Source: Bacteroidaceae bacterium
GTDB lineage: Bacteria > Bacteroidota > Bacteroidia > Bacteroidales > Barnesiellaceae_A
Reading direction: 5' to 3'
Assembly (NCBI GenBank): GCA_017935645.1
Contig: JAGBHF010000073.1
Location: 1-63,714 of the forward strand
DNA length: 63,714 nt
Position 1 is the stretch's first letter, and every line of letters begins with the position of its first letter. The notes beneath the pieces are model-generated. The model was not told where the DNA came from. It did no database searches and saw only the letters and a program-made list of their open reading frames with translations. Of the stretch, positions 1 to 8,519 are shown in pieces. Both the position numbers and the translations under genes were made by a program.

Positions 1-2
1 AA

Positions 3-983
3 GACCGTCGTATCAAGCAAATTCTTGCAGCCTTGAACACCAACGGTATCAAAGACATCGAAGAGGCTAACGCTATTTGCGAGTCTTATGGTCTCGACCC
101 CTATAAAACATGTGAGGAAACTCAACCTATCTGCTTCGAGAATGCCAAGTGGGCATACGTTGTAGGTGCTGCTATCGCATTGAAAAAAGGTTGCACATCG
201 GCTGCCGACGCTGCTGAGGCTATCGGTATCGGTTTGCAAGCATTCTGTATCCCTGGTTCAGTAGCCGATGACCGTAAGGTAGGTCTTGGCCACGGTAATC
301 TTGCCGCTCGTTTGCTCCGCGAGGAGACTAAGTGTTTTGCCTTCTTGGCCGGTCACGAGTCTTTCGCTGCTGCCGAAGGTGCTATCAAGATTGCTGCCAA
401 AGCCGATAAGGTGCGTAAAGAACCCCTCCGTTGTATCCTCAACGGTCTCGGTAAAGATGCTGCTTACATCATCTCTCGTATCAACGGTTTTACTTATGTA
501 CAAACCGAGCTTGACTACGCTACAGGTGAGTTGAAAGTAATACGTGAAGTACCCTTCTCGCAAGGCGATCGTGCCAAAGTAAAATGCTATGGTGCTGACG
601 ATGTTCGTGAAGGTGTTGCTATCATGTGGCACGAGGGTGTAGACGTATCAATCACAGGTAACTCTACCAACCCCACACGTTTCCAACACCCCGTAGCAGG
701 TACTTACAAGAAAGAGTGCAACGAGCGTGGTAAGAAGTACTTCTCGGTAGCATCAGGTGGTGGTACAGGTCGTACATTGCACCCCGATAACATGGCTGCC
801 GGTCCTGCTTCATACGGTATGACCGACACAATGGGCCGTATGCACAGCGATGCTCAATTTGCAGGTTCTTCATCAGTTCCCGCACACGTTGAGATGATGG
901 GCTTCCTCGGTATCGGCAACAACCCCATGGTAGGTTGTACTGTTGCTTGCGCCGTTGACGTTGCTACAGCACTTAACAAGTAA
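3..983 (+). CDS. GGGtGRT family protein (5' end outside window)
   Basis: Frame is open from base 3 (DRRIKQILAALNTNG...). Contains the family-defining SGGGTGRTLHPDNM motif and FAFLAGHESFAAAEGAI. Confidence 0.9.
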   Translation, partial: DRRIKQILAALNTNGIKDIEEANAICESYGLDPYKTCEETQPICFENAKWAYVVGAAIALKKGCTSAADAAEAIGIGLQAFCIPGSVADDRKVGLGHGNLAARLLREETKCFAFLAGHESFAAAEGAIKIAAKADKVRKEPLRCILNGLGKDAAYIISRINGFTYVQTELDYATGELKVIREVPFSQGDRAKVKCYGADDVREGVAIMWHEGVDVSITGNSTNPTRFQHPVAGTYKKECNERGKKYFSVASGGGTGRTLHPDNMAAGPASYGMTDTMGRMHSDAQFAGSSSVPAHVEMMGFLGIGNNPMVGCTVACAVDVATALNK

Positions 984-1015
984 TAAGTTTACCAACTTAT
1001 ATACATCTTACATAG

Positions 1016-1048
1016 GAGGATGTCTCAGCAAATGAGGCATCCTCTTTT
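1016..1048 (+). terminator. Intrinsic terminator after GGGtGRT gene
   Basis: gaggatgtctca-gcaaa-tgaggcatcctc stem followed by tttt. Confidence 0.8.
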
Positions 1049-1151
1049 GGTAACTATAGCAGTGATGATAGGTTGATAGGTACGTGATTTCACACATCTA
1101 TATGACTTGCAACGATAGTTGTAAGCATGCTGTAGATTGAAAAAAAATCAG

Positions 1152-1159
1152 TAATTTTG
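1152..1159 (+). promoter_or_regulatory. Bacteroidetes sigma-A -7 element for NCS2 permease
   Basis: taattttg matches TAnnTTTG about 150 nt upstream of the ATG at 1307. Confidence 0.6.
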
Positions 1160-1184
1160 CAAAAAATGAAGATTGACCTTAAAA

Positions 1185-1275
1185 CTCAGTCTGGGTACTG
1201 AGGTGGAACTCTCATACAACTTTGTTGGTAAGGGTTTCTATGCCATGCCGACGGTAGCTGCTAAATGGACTTTCT
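1185..1275 (+). promoter_or_regulatory. Candidate structured 5' leader, purine-riboswitch-like
   Basis: ctcagt/actgag hairpin, then ctcatacaa...gttgg...gtttcta...ccgac...taaatggact, echoing purine riboswitch junction sequences upstream of a purine permease. Stems are weak. Confidence 0.3.
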
Positions 1276-1306
1276 AATAGATTAAAACATAAAAATACAA
1301 ATAACA

Positions 1307-2599
1307 ATGCTTAAAAAACTATTCGGATTTAATCCGGCCGAAACGACTGTTAAGAAAGAGATTGTAGCCGGTATTACAACATTCCTTACCATGTCGTATA
1401 TCCTGGCAGTAAACCCTTCAATGTTTGGTTTGCTCGATGGTATGCCTCAAGGTGCTGTATTTACTACCACGGCTTTAGCGGCTATTGTAGGTTGTGTAGC
1501 AATGGCGCTCATCGGTAAGTTGCCCTTTGGGTTGGCTCCCGGTATGGGTCTTAATGCTTTCTTTGTGTATAGTGTGTGCCTTGGCATGGGGTATAGTTGG
1601 CAGTTTGCCCTCACGGCCGTATTGATAGAAGGTCTTATATTTATAGTGCTAACAATCACCAATGTGCGCGAGGCGATTGTTAACGCCATACCCATGAGTC
1701 TGCGCAATGCTATAGGAGCCGGTATCGGACTGTTTATTGCTTTTATAGGCTTGAGTAGTGCCGGTGTGGTGGTGCACAACGATGCTACGTTGGTAGACTT
1801 GGGTAATATAACATCTGGCTCGGCATTGCTGGCGCTTATAGGTATTATCCTTACAGGCTTCCTGTATGCACGCAATGTGCCCGGTGCTATACTTTTGGGT
1901 GTGTTGGCGACCATGGTGATAGGTATTTTTATGGGCGAAACGGAGTTCAAAGGAATCCTTTCGCACCCCGAGTCGATAAGTCCCATTTTCTGCAAGTTTG
2001 AGTTCGATAAGATATTTACAATCGATATGCTTGTTGTGGTGTTTACACTTCTCTTTATCGATATGTTTGATACCGTGGGTACGCTGGTGGGAGTGTGTAC
2101 AAAGGCCAATATGGTAGATGATAAGGGTAATATCAAACGCCTCAACCAAGCCTTTATGGCCGACTCGATAGCGACTACAGTAGGCGCGGTACTCGGTACT
2201 TCTACAACGACTACTTATGTTGAGAGTGCTGCCGGAGTAGCGCAAGGAGGTCGTTCGGGACTCACAGCGATGGTAGTAGCCTTGTGCTTTGCTGTATCAT
2301 TGTTTTTCTCACCCTTGTTCCTCTCTATTCCGGCTGCAGCAACAGCACCCGCGCTTATTATTGTAGGTCTGCTGATGCTCGAACCCATTACGAAGATACC
2401 GTTCAATGATTTTTCCGAGTCGTTGCCCGCCTTTGTTTGCATTGTTATGATGCCCTTCACTTATTCTATTTCAAACGGTATACTCCTCGGTATGATAACC
2501 TATGTGTTGATGAACATGATATGTGGCAATTTCAAGAAAATTACGCCCACGATGTACATCCTTGCAGTCTTGTTTATGCTTAAGTATGTATTTATATAA
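1307..2599 (+). CDS. NCS2/AzgA-family purine (guanine/hypoxanthine) permease
   Basis: About 12 hydrophobic segments; motifs GITTFLTMSYILAVNP, LAPGMGLNAFF, DMFDTVGTL, TTYVESAAGVAQGGRSGLTA. Confidence 0.93.
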   Translation: MLKKLFGFNPAETTVKKEIVAGITTFLTMSYILAVNPSMFGLLDGMPQGAVFTTTALAAIVGCVAMALIGKLPFGLAPGMGLNAFFVYSVCLGMGYSWQFALTAVLIEGLIFIVLTITNVREAIVNAIPMSLRNAIGAGIGLFIAFIGLSSAGVVVHNDATLVDLGNITSGSALLALIGIILTGFLYARNVPGAILLGVLATMVIGIFMGETEFKGILSHPESISPIFCKFEFDKIFTIDMLVVVFTLLFIDMFDTVGTLVGVCTKANMVDDKGNIKRLNQAFMADSIATTVGAVLGTSTTTTYVESAAGVAQGGRSGLTAMVVALCFAVSLFFSPLFLSIPAAATAPALIIVGLLMLEPITKIPFNDFSESLPAFVCIVMMPFTYSISNGILLGMITYVLMNMICGNFKKITPTMYILAVLFMLKYVFI

Positions 2600-2609
2600 T
2601 AATGCTACC

Positions 2610-2655
2610 ATAACACAAACAGGCTGTGCAGCACTGCACAGCCTGTTTGTGTTAT
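2610..2655. terminator. Bidirectional terminator / perfect 22-bp inverted repeat
   Basis: ataacacaaacaggctgtgcag-ca-ctgcacagcctgtttgtgttat between convergent genes. Confidence 0.8.
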
Positions 2656-2671
2656 AAGGGTACTTGTTTCG

Positions 2672-3601
2672 TTACTTGTTCAGTACGAAGGTGAGGGGTT
2701 GTGCCAGACGATTGGCCCAACAGGTTTCGTTGTGCTCATCGCCCTCAAAGGTGAGACTTATAAAGTGATTTTCATCCCAACCCAAGGCCTGTAAGAGACT
2801 GTCAGCCTTTGCTTGGTAGGGGGCGTATGGTTCATCGATGCCTACTGTGCCACGGTCCATATATATAATGCGAGTGTTAGCAACCGGTAACTTGTCGGTC
2901 ATATACTTCTCGAAAGCAACAGCCCATTGGTGATTGTCGCCGGCAAGAGGTAAGTGACCCAATGAAATGTGGGTTGACATGCACACCGCACCACCAAAGA
3001 TGTCGGGATATTCACACAACGCATACATCGATATGAGACCGCCCATGCTCGAACCCAACACGAATGTATTGGCACAGTCGGTGAGAGGTCGATAGTGCTC
3101 GTCAATAAACGGCTTGAGTTCCTCTACGATAAATTTTAAGTATTCGTCGCCTTTGGGTGTCATGCGACCATAATCGGTAATATCTTCGGGAGTGTAGTCG
3201 AGTGTTTTGGATGGAAAATACTCGTTGAGGCGATCCTCTGTGTTATCTATCGCCACTACGATGGTGCTTTTAATCTTGTTTTCGGCAATAAGTCTACTCA
3301 TTACCTCATCCACCTGCCACTCTTGCTTGTTCCATGTGGTTGTGGCATCAAAGAGCATTTGGCCATCGTGCATGTATATCACTTGACAACTATCGCCCAA
3401 GGTGTAGTTGTCGGGCAACCACACAACTACATTGCGTGGAGTAATGTATTGTGATTGAAAATCGGGGTAGTACTCCAATGTACCCGAACTTACTTGTTGT
3501 GTCGATTGTGGCTTTACATGCACTATGCGAGTAGAAATAATTACAATGCCAATGATGGCAATGCTTGCAATAATGGTGATTAAGATATTCTTTAGTTTCA
3601 T
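2672..3601 (-). CDS. Membrane-anchored/secreted alpha/beta-hydrolase (putative esterase, IroE/Fes-like)
   Basis: N-terminal hydrophobic anchor, YMHDGQMLFD, nucleophile elbow GSSMGG, C-terminal HNETCW. Confidence 0.85.
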   Translation of the reverse strand: MKLKNILITIIASIAIIGIVIISTRIVHVKPQSTQQVSSGTLEYYPDFQSQYITPRNVVVWLPDNYTLGDSCQVIYMHDGQMLFDATTTWNKQEWQVDEVMSRLIAENKIKSTIVVAIDNTEDRLNEYFPSKTLDYTPEDITDYGRMTPKGDEYLKFIVEELKPFIDEHYRPLTDCANTFVLGSSMGGLISMYALCEYPDIFGGAVCMSTHISLGHLPLAGDNHQWAVAFEKYMTDKLPVANTRIIYMDRGTVGIDEPYAPYQAKADSLLQALGWDENHFISLTFEGDEHNETCWANRLAQPLTFVLNK

Positions 3602-3642
3602 GTAGTTATGAGTTAGTGAAATGTATTGTGAATTATAAAGCG

Positions 3643-3650
3643 CAAATCTA
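3643..3650 (-). promoter_or_regulatory. -7 element for esterase gene
   Basis: Reverse complement tagatttg, 42 nt upstream of the start. Confidence 0.55.
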
Positions 3651-3718
3651 TATAAATGTTTTCAAAATCACAATACTTGAGTTTGCTTAGCCTATCGACA
3701 TGTAGAAGTTATAAACAA

Positions 3719-3755
3719 AAATCCCCTTGCTGCACACGTCGCAGCAAGGGGATTT
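3719..3755 (-). terminator. Terminator of cytochrome bd operon
   Basis: 15-bp stem aaatccccttgctgc/gcagcaaggggattt; T-rich run follows on the minus strand. Confidence 0.8.
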
Positions 3756-3777
3756 GGCAAAGTCTTTTATGGTAACT

Positions 3778-4920
3778 TTAGTATTTATCTCCGCTTTCAA
3801 GTTCTTCTTTCGTAAGCGATTTCTTGTCCATCTTACGCCAGAAGTAGGCTATGTAAGCAACCACAAAGGGAATGATAAGCGATACGGTAGCCATAGTGCG
3901 CAAGGTGAATTCGCTCGAACAGCTGTTTGACAAGGTGAGCGAGCTTTGCAACTCGGCCGATGATGGGTAATAGGCTGTGCCATTATAACCGGCAATCATA
4001 AAGATAGCCATAACTGCCAATACTGTGCCCGGTGCTGCAAGCCATATACCTTTGTTAAATTCTTTCTTGAACAGTGTGAGTAGTACTCCTGCCACGAGCA
4101 ATACAGCTCCGACAAGCAGCATGATAAGCACAGCGGGCATCTCTATTAAGTTGGTGAGGTATTTACCTTTTTCCAACGAAACCACACCGTTTGCATCTAC
4201 TGCATATCCCTCCATGGTGATGAGTTGTACAACAACGAGCAAGAACATGACAAGGAAGCACACAAAGCATATCAAAAGGCTTCGACGCAATTGCGATGCA
4301 AGGCGGTCATGCTTGATGTTGTTTATCATATACATTGCACCAAGGCATATAGCCAAGAACATCACCATAAGACCCACTTCGACATTGAAGGGGTTGGCTA
4401 CCGCTTCAAGACCACGCCAGTCGCTACACCAACGGCTGATAACGGGTGCTCCTATGTCGCCGACAGCATTCTTATCGACTACAAATTGTGAACCCGTAAA
4501 GAATGTTCCCACAGCAGTTCCTATTAACAACGGGGCCAAACAGCCATTGAGCGTGAGGAAGATGCGAAAAGCCGTTTTACCCAATATATTGCCGGCTTTA
4601 CCTTGAAATTCGTACGATACGGCTTGCAGTACGAATGTGATAAGAATCAAAATCCATACCCAATAAGCACCACCAAAACTTGTGCTGTAGAATAGAGGGA
4701 ATGAGGCAAAGAATGCACCTCCAAAAGTTACCAAAGTGGTAAATGTCAGCTCCCATTTGCGACCGGTCGAGTTGATGATAAGTTGTCGTTCATCTTCGGT
4801 CTTACCGGCCAAAAATATCAAGGCGTTTCCTCCTTGCACGAAGAGTAAGAACACCAATAAACCACCCAATAGGGCTATGAGAAACCACCAATAGTGTTGT
4901 AAGAAATCGTATGTTATCAT
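3778..4920 (-). CDS. cydB: Cytochrome bd ubiquinol oxidase subunit II
   Basis: LQHYWW start, GRKWELTFTTLVTFGGAFFASFPLFY motif, adjacent to cydA. Confidence 0.95.
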   Translation of the reverse strand: MITYDFLQHYWWFLIALLGGLLVFLLFVQGGNALIFLAGKTEDERQLIINSTGRKWELTFTTLVTFGGAFFASFPLFYSTSFGGAYWVWILILITFVLQAVSYEFQGKAGNILGKTAFRIFLTLNGCLAPLLIGTAVGTFFTGSQFVVDKNAVGDIGAPVISRWCSDWRGLEAVANPFNVEVGLMVMFLAICLGAMYMINNIKHDRLASQLRRSLLICFVCFLVMFLLVVVQLITMEGYAVDANGVVSLEKGKYLTNLIEMPAVLIMLLVGAVLLVAGVLLTLFKKEFNKGIWLAAPGTVLAVMAIFMIAGYNGTAYYPSSAELQSSLTLSNSCSSEFTLRTMATVSLIIPFVVAYIAYFWRKMDKKSLTKEELESGDKY

Positions 4921-4935
4921 AGTCGTGCCTCCTTT

Positions 4936-6423
4936 TTATGCGTTTTCGGTTTTAGGGCCTTCTTTTATGGCTTTAATGAGTATGCGTATCTCTATGGCGA
5001 GGAAGAGTGTGAAGATAGCTACAAAGAGGAAGAATGTAGTTTGTACAGCACCCACGCTCACACTCGATACAGCTGCCTTGGTGGGTAGTAAGCCTTCAAT
5101 AACCCACGGTTGGCGACCTACTTCGGCCACAATCCAGCCGGCTTGACCTGCCAAATATACCAATGGTATAGAGAGCAATGATACCCATTGCAACCACTTC
5201 ATGTCCTTTATACGACCTTTCCACTCGGCCCACAACACTACTATCATGAGCAATAGCAGGAAGCTACCCAATCCTACCATGACGCGGAATGCCCAATATA
5301 CCATGGGAACGTTGGGAACCAATTCGTCAGGTGTCTCGATGTAGCCGTAACCAAAGTAGTCGACATTATCTTCGAGTACTTTGCGAGCCTCAGCAGCGGC
5401 TGTGGGGTCGCTCTCTCGCAAGTTGCGATATTGCCCAAATGCATTGATGGCTGTCTTTCCACGTTCAATCTTTTCTTCGGCCGAGGGATACACTGTTCCA
5501 TCGGGTGTGGTGTATCCATTAAGTATATCATTGATACCCGGAACGTAACCATCGATGTCGTGGGTTGCCAAGATTGAGAGCATGCCGGGAACCTCAATGC
5601 CCGGAACAATTGAGAAGGGGGCGCGAGTACCTCCCTCAACAAGACCTTCGGCTGCGGCAAGTTTCATGGGTTGATATTCGGCAACGTGAATACCCGATTT
5701 ATCGCCACTGAACATTACTGCCATAGTACCTACGATACCTACAATCGCAGCGACGCGTATACTGGCGAGAGCAAAGCGTGTTTCGCGTTTCTTGAGCAGA
5801 TACCAGCAACTGATACCTATTACAAAGATAGAGCCTGTCATCCATCCACTGAATACCGAGTGGAAGAACTTCGATATGGCTACGGGGTTGAGTACCAATG
5901 CCCAGAAGTCGACCATTTCGTGTCGTACGGTGTCGGGGTTAAATTCCATTCCTACTGGATGTTGCATCCATGAGTTGGCAACTAAAATCCACACCGCCGA
6001 TATGGCTGCACCTATTCCTGTGAGCCATGTGGCTGCCAAGTGTGCCTTTTTACTCACCTTATCCCATCCGAAGAACATTACAGCGAAGAAGGTTGCCTCC
6101 ATGAAAAAGGCAAAAATACCCTCAATGGCAAGTGGCGCTCCAAATATATCGCCCACAAACCACGAGTAGTTGCTCCAGTTTGTTCCAAATTCAAATTCGA
6201 GGATAATACCGGTTGCAATACCCACGGCAAAGTTAATGCCGAAGAGTTTCATCCAAAACTTGGCGGTCTGTTTCCAGAACTCGTCTTTCTTTATTACATA
6301 GATTGTTTCCATGGTTGCCATTATCACTGCGAGTCCCAATGTGAGTGGAACAAAAATCCAGTGATAACCTGCTGTCAGAGCAAATTGTGCCCTTGACCAA
6401 CCGACTAATGCAGTTTCCATCAT
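4936..6423 (-). CDS. cydA: Cytochrome bd ubiquinol oxidase subunit I
   Basis: RAQFALTAGYHWIFVPL (His19 equivalent), EFEFGTNWS, KFFHS, AFRVMVGLG, EVGRQPW. Confidence 0.97.
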   Translation of the reverse strand: MMETALVGWSRAQFALTAGYHWIFVPLTLGLAVIMATMETIYVIKKDEFWKQTAKFWMKLFGINFAVGIATGIILEFEFGTNWSNYSWFVGDIFGAPLAIEGIFAFFMEATFFAVMFFGWDKVSKKAHLAATWLTGIGAAISAVWILVANSWMQHPVGMEFNPDTVRHEMVDFWALVLNPVAISKFFHSVFSGWMTGSIFVIGISCWYLLKKRETRFALASIRVAAIVGIVGTMAVMFSGDKSGIHVAEYQPMKLAAAEGLVEGGTRAPFSIVPGIEVPGMLSILATHDIDGYVPGINDILNGYTTPDGTVYPSAEEKIERGKTAINAFGQYRNLRESDPTAAAEARKVLEDNVDYFGYGYIETPDELVPNVPMVYWAFRVMVGLGSFLLLLMIVVLWAEWKGRIKDMKWLQWVSLLSIPLVYLAGQAGWIVAEVGRQPWVIEGLLPTKAAVSSVSVGAVQTTFFLFVAIFTLFLAIEIRILIKAIKEGPKTENA

Positions 6424-6446
6424 GATATCAGAAAAATTTATAGTTA

Positions 6447-6668
6447 TTATTCTATTGCTTGCTGTGTAAGTTCGGTGCTGACATGGTCTATCTTCTCTGC
6501 CTCACTCTTGCCTGCAAGGGTGGGCTGAAAGAAGAATAGTCGTAATACAAAAAATAGAATGATGATTTTAAGGAATATAAGTCCCCATAAAGGACGCCCC
6601 CATGTCATGTTCCTAAAGCCTTCTATATAGAAGTTCCATATCGATTTTAAGGTGTTTTTGATTTTCAT
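6447..6668 (-). CDS. DUF4492 family small membrane protein (first gene of cyd operon)
   Basis: Likely start MKIKNT at 6668; FYIEGFRNMTWGRPLWGLIFLKIIILFFVLRLFFF matches the DUF4492 pattern usually found before Bacteroidales cydA. Confidence 0.85.
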   Translation of the reverse strand: MKIKNTLKSIWNFYIEGFRNMTWGRPLWGLIFLKIIILFFVLRLFFFQPTLAGKSEAEKIDHVSTELTQQAIE

Positions 6669-6684
6669 TGTTGTAAGTTTTTTG

Positions 6685-6692
6685 CAAAAGTA
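6685..6692 (-). promoter_or_regulatory. -7 element of DUF4492-cydAB operon
   Basis: Reverse complement tacttttg, 17 nt upstream of the ATG at 6668. Confidence 0.6.
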
Positions 6693-6803
6693 TTGATGTT
6701 TTTTGAAAAAACAAGAATTATGAGCAAAAAATATTGCGATGTACGGAATATTGGTTGCGTTTTTGCTCTTTTTAAGGTGTCGAAACGGTTGAATTAGCAA
6801 TGA

Positions 6804-7487
6804 TTATAGAAAAAGCTCTAATATTTTATAAATGGCAACCATGTGAAAGATGTCGCCAAGCATGATGAAGATGTGAAATACTGTGTGCATGTATCGTACC
6901 TTGTGTATGCTGTAAAGTACTGCTCCCGACAGATAGCATATACCCTCGGCAATAACCCATCCAACAACACCCCAGCCTACGCAATCGTAGAAGGGCTTGA
7001 ATGCTACCAAAATAGTCAATCCCATGAGGACATAGCAGGCTGTTTCGATGTAGCTGTGCGTGCCCATCTTCCTGAAACTGACTCCTGTGCCAACAATGGC
7101 GCACAACCATACAAATGCAAAGATTATCCATCCCCACATTGCGGCTCCACCTTCTAACAGTGCAATAAGCGTAACGGGTGAGTAGCATCCTGCAATGTGC
7201 CAATAGATGGCGACGTGGTCGAGTTTGCGTATAAGAGACTTTCCGCGAGTACGTTGTGCAGGGTAGGCGTGGTATATCGATGATGTGGCGTAGGAAAAGA
7301 TAAGACCAAACATGTAGATCCATAGGCTTACAATGGCGAGTGTTGAGCCATTGCTGTATCCTTTGCAGAGGAAGATGCAACAAACAATAATACTGAATAC
7401 TCCTCCTATAATGTGAGTGGTATAGTTGGCAACCTCTTCGCCGGGAGTGTATTTAGATTTAATTGTCGCAATGATGTTCTTATCCAT
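6804..7487 (-). CDS. Hemolysin III / PAQR family membrane protein
   Basis: EEVANYTTH, SSIYHA, RKLDHVAIY and HTVFHIF His motifs; 7 TM segments. Confidence 0.9.
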   Translation of the reverse strand: MDKNIIATIKSKYTPGEEVANYTTHIIGGVFSIIVCCIFLCKGYSNGSTLAIVSLWIYMFGLIFSYATSSIYHAYPAQRTRGKSLIRKLDHVAIYWHIAGCYSPVTLIALLEGGAAMWGWIIFAFVWLCAIVGTGVSFRKMGTHSYIETACYVLMGLTILVAFKPFYDCVGWGVVGWVIAEGICYLSGAVLYSIHKVRYMHTVFHIFIMLGDIFHMVAIYKILELFL

Positions 7488-7513
7488 CTTGATAATGATT
7501 AAGTCGTTGCCGA

Positions 7514-7577
7514 CAAATGTACGGATAAATTATGAAGTGTGGTTTTGTTTTTCGGGTTTATTTTTCTGTTAACTTTG
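7514..7577. promoter_or_regulatory. Divergent promoter pair
   Basis: Minus-strand tacatttg at 7514-7521 and plus-strand taactttg at 7570-7577, with TTTG at 7544-7547. Confidence 0.6.
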
Positions 7578-7596
7578 TGCCGAAAATGGTATCATT

Positions 7597-8319
7597 ATGG
7601 AACGAACAAAGTTATATTGGATATTGGGTTTCGTTGGGGTATTGCTCTCTATGACGGGCGATTTGTTGCTTGGTGCGCACGTTCATCCCGATGCTCCCGA
7701 TGCTTATACAAGGCTTATGCTGGGTTGTAGCCAAGTACCTCATCACTTTATTGCCTTGGGTTTGTTTGTGGGAGCTATAGGTATACCTATGCAGTACTTT
7801 GGCTACGAAAGTGTGTTGAGTATTGTCCGCTCGAGGGGATGTTGTGCTACGTTGTGCCGACTCATACATTGGGGTAATGTGGCTATTGCCTTTTGGGGTG
7901 CAAGTGTGCATATATTGTGCAGCCTGTTGATGCTTATGATGAAGTTGTACCCCATTTCGCCAGAAATGTTGGTTGGTACTGATATGTCCGATATGTTAGC
8001 TTCATTACCTCCGGCTCTTGTCGACTTTACACTCTACTATTTAATGCCTATTACAGCTGTGATGTTGTTGTTGTACTACGTTATGGCTGTGTCGTTGTTT
8101 ATCGCCATAGTGTCGGGTAAGACGCAGTTGCCTCGATGGGCTTGCCTGTTTAATCCTATGTTGGTAGAGGTATTAATCAATTTCATGCCTAATGTCAACA
8201 ATGCTTTTGTCAATGGCATGTTGATGTCTAATATGGCTCTTGGTGGACTTGTTACGTTTACAGGCATATTGCTTACTTACCGCTATGCATGTCGTGGTAA
8301 TAAGAGTATAAATCGTTGA
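7597..8319 (+). CDS. Uncharacterised multi-TM membrane protein (DUF6796-like)
   Basis: About 6 hydrophobic segments, GVLLSMTGDLLLG start, LPRWACLFNP motif. Family name is from recall. Confidence 0.6.
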   Translation: MERTKLYWILGFVGVLLSMTGDLLLGAHVHPDAPDAYTRLMLGCSQVPHHFIALGLFVGAIGIPMQYFGYESVLSIVRSRGCCATLCRLIHWGNVAIAFWGASVHILCSLLMLMMKLYPISPEMLVGTDMSDMLASLPPALVDFTLYYLMPITAVMLLLYYVMAVSLFIAIVSGKTQLPRWACLFNPMLVEVLINFMPNVNNAFVNGMLMSNMALGGLVTFTGILLTYRYACRGNKSINR

Positions 8320-8333
8320 ACAAAAACCTCCCT

Positions 8334-8510
8334 ATGATGACACGTCTTAAAATTATATTGGTAACTTTTCTATGTCCCCCATTGATGGTTGTGGGATATG
8401 GTATGAGGAATATTCTGCTTGTACTGTTGCTCACGCTGTTAGGTTGGCTACCGGGTGTTGTGGCATCATTTATTATACAAGCGGGCGATATTCCTGAAGA
8501 TACAATTTAA
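8334..8510 (+). CDS. YqaE/Pmp3 family small membrane protein
   Basis: 58 aa; FLCPPLMV and LLLTLLGWLPGVV match the Pmp3 signature. Confidence 0.75.
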   Translation: MMTRLKIILVTFLCPPLMVVGYGMRNILLVLLLTLLGWLPGVVASFIIQAGDIPEDTI

Positions 8511-8519
8511 CACACATTG

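Noticed and set aside
1185-1275. TPP, ZTP (pfl), ykkC or cobalamin riboswitch
   Set aside because: Only isolated words match (ctgag, gtgga, gccgac, agggtt); the order and the conserved cores do not.
6447-6800. 117-aa ORF upstream of cydA as listed in the track
   Set aside because: The first 44 codons span the promoter region; the real DUF4492 gene most likely starts at 6668.
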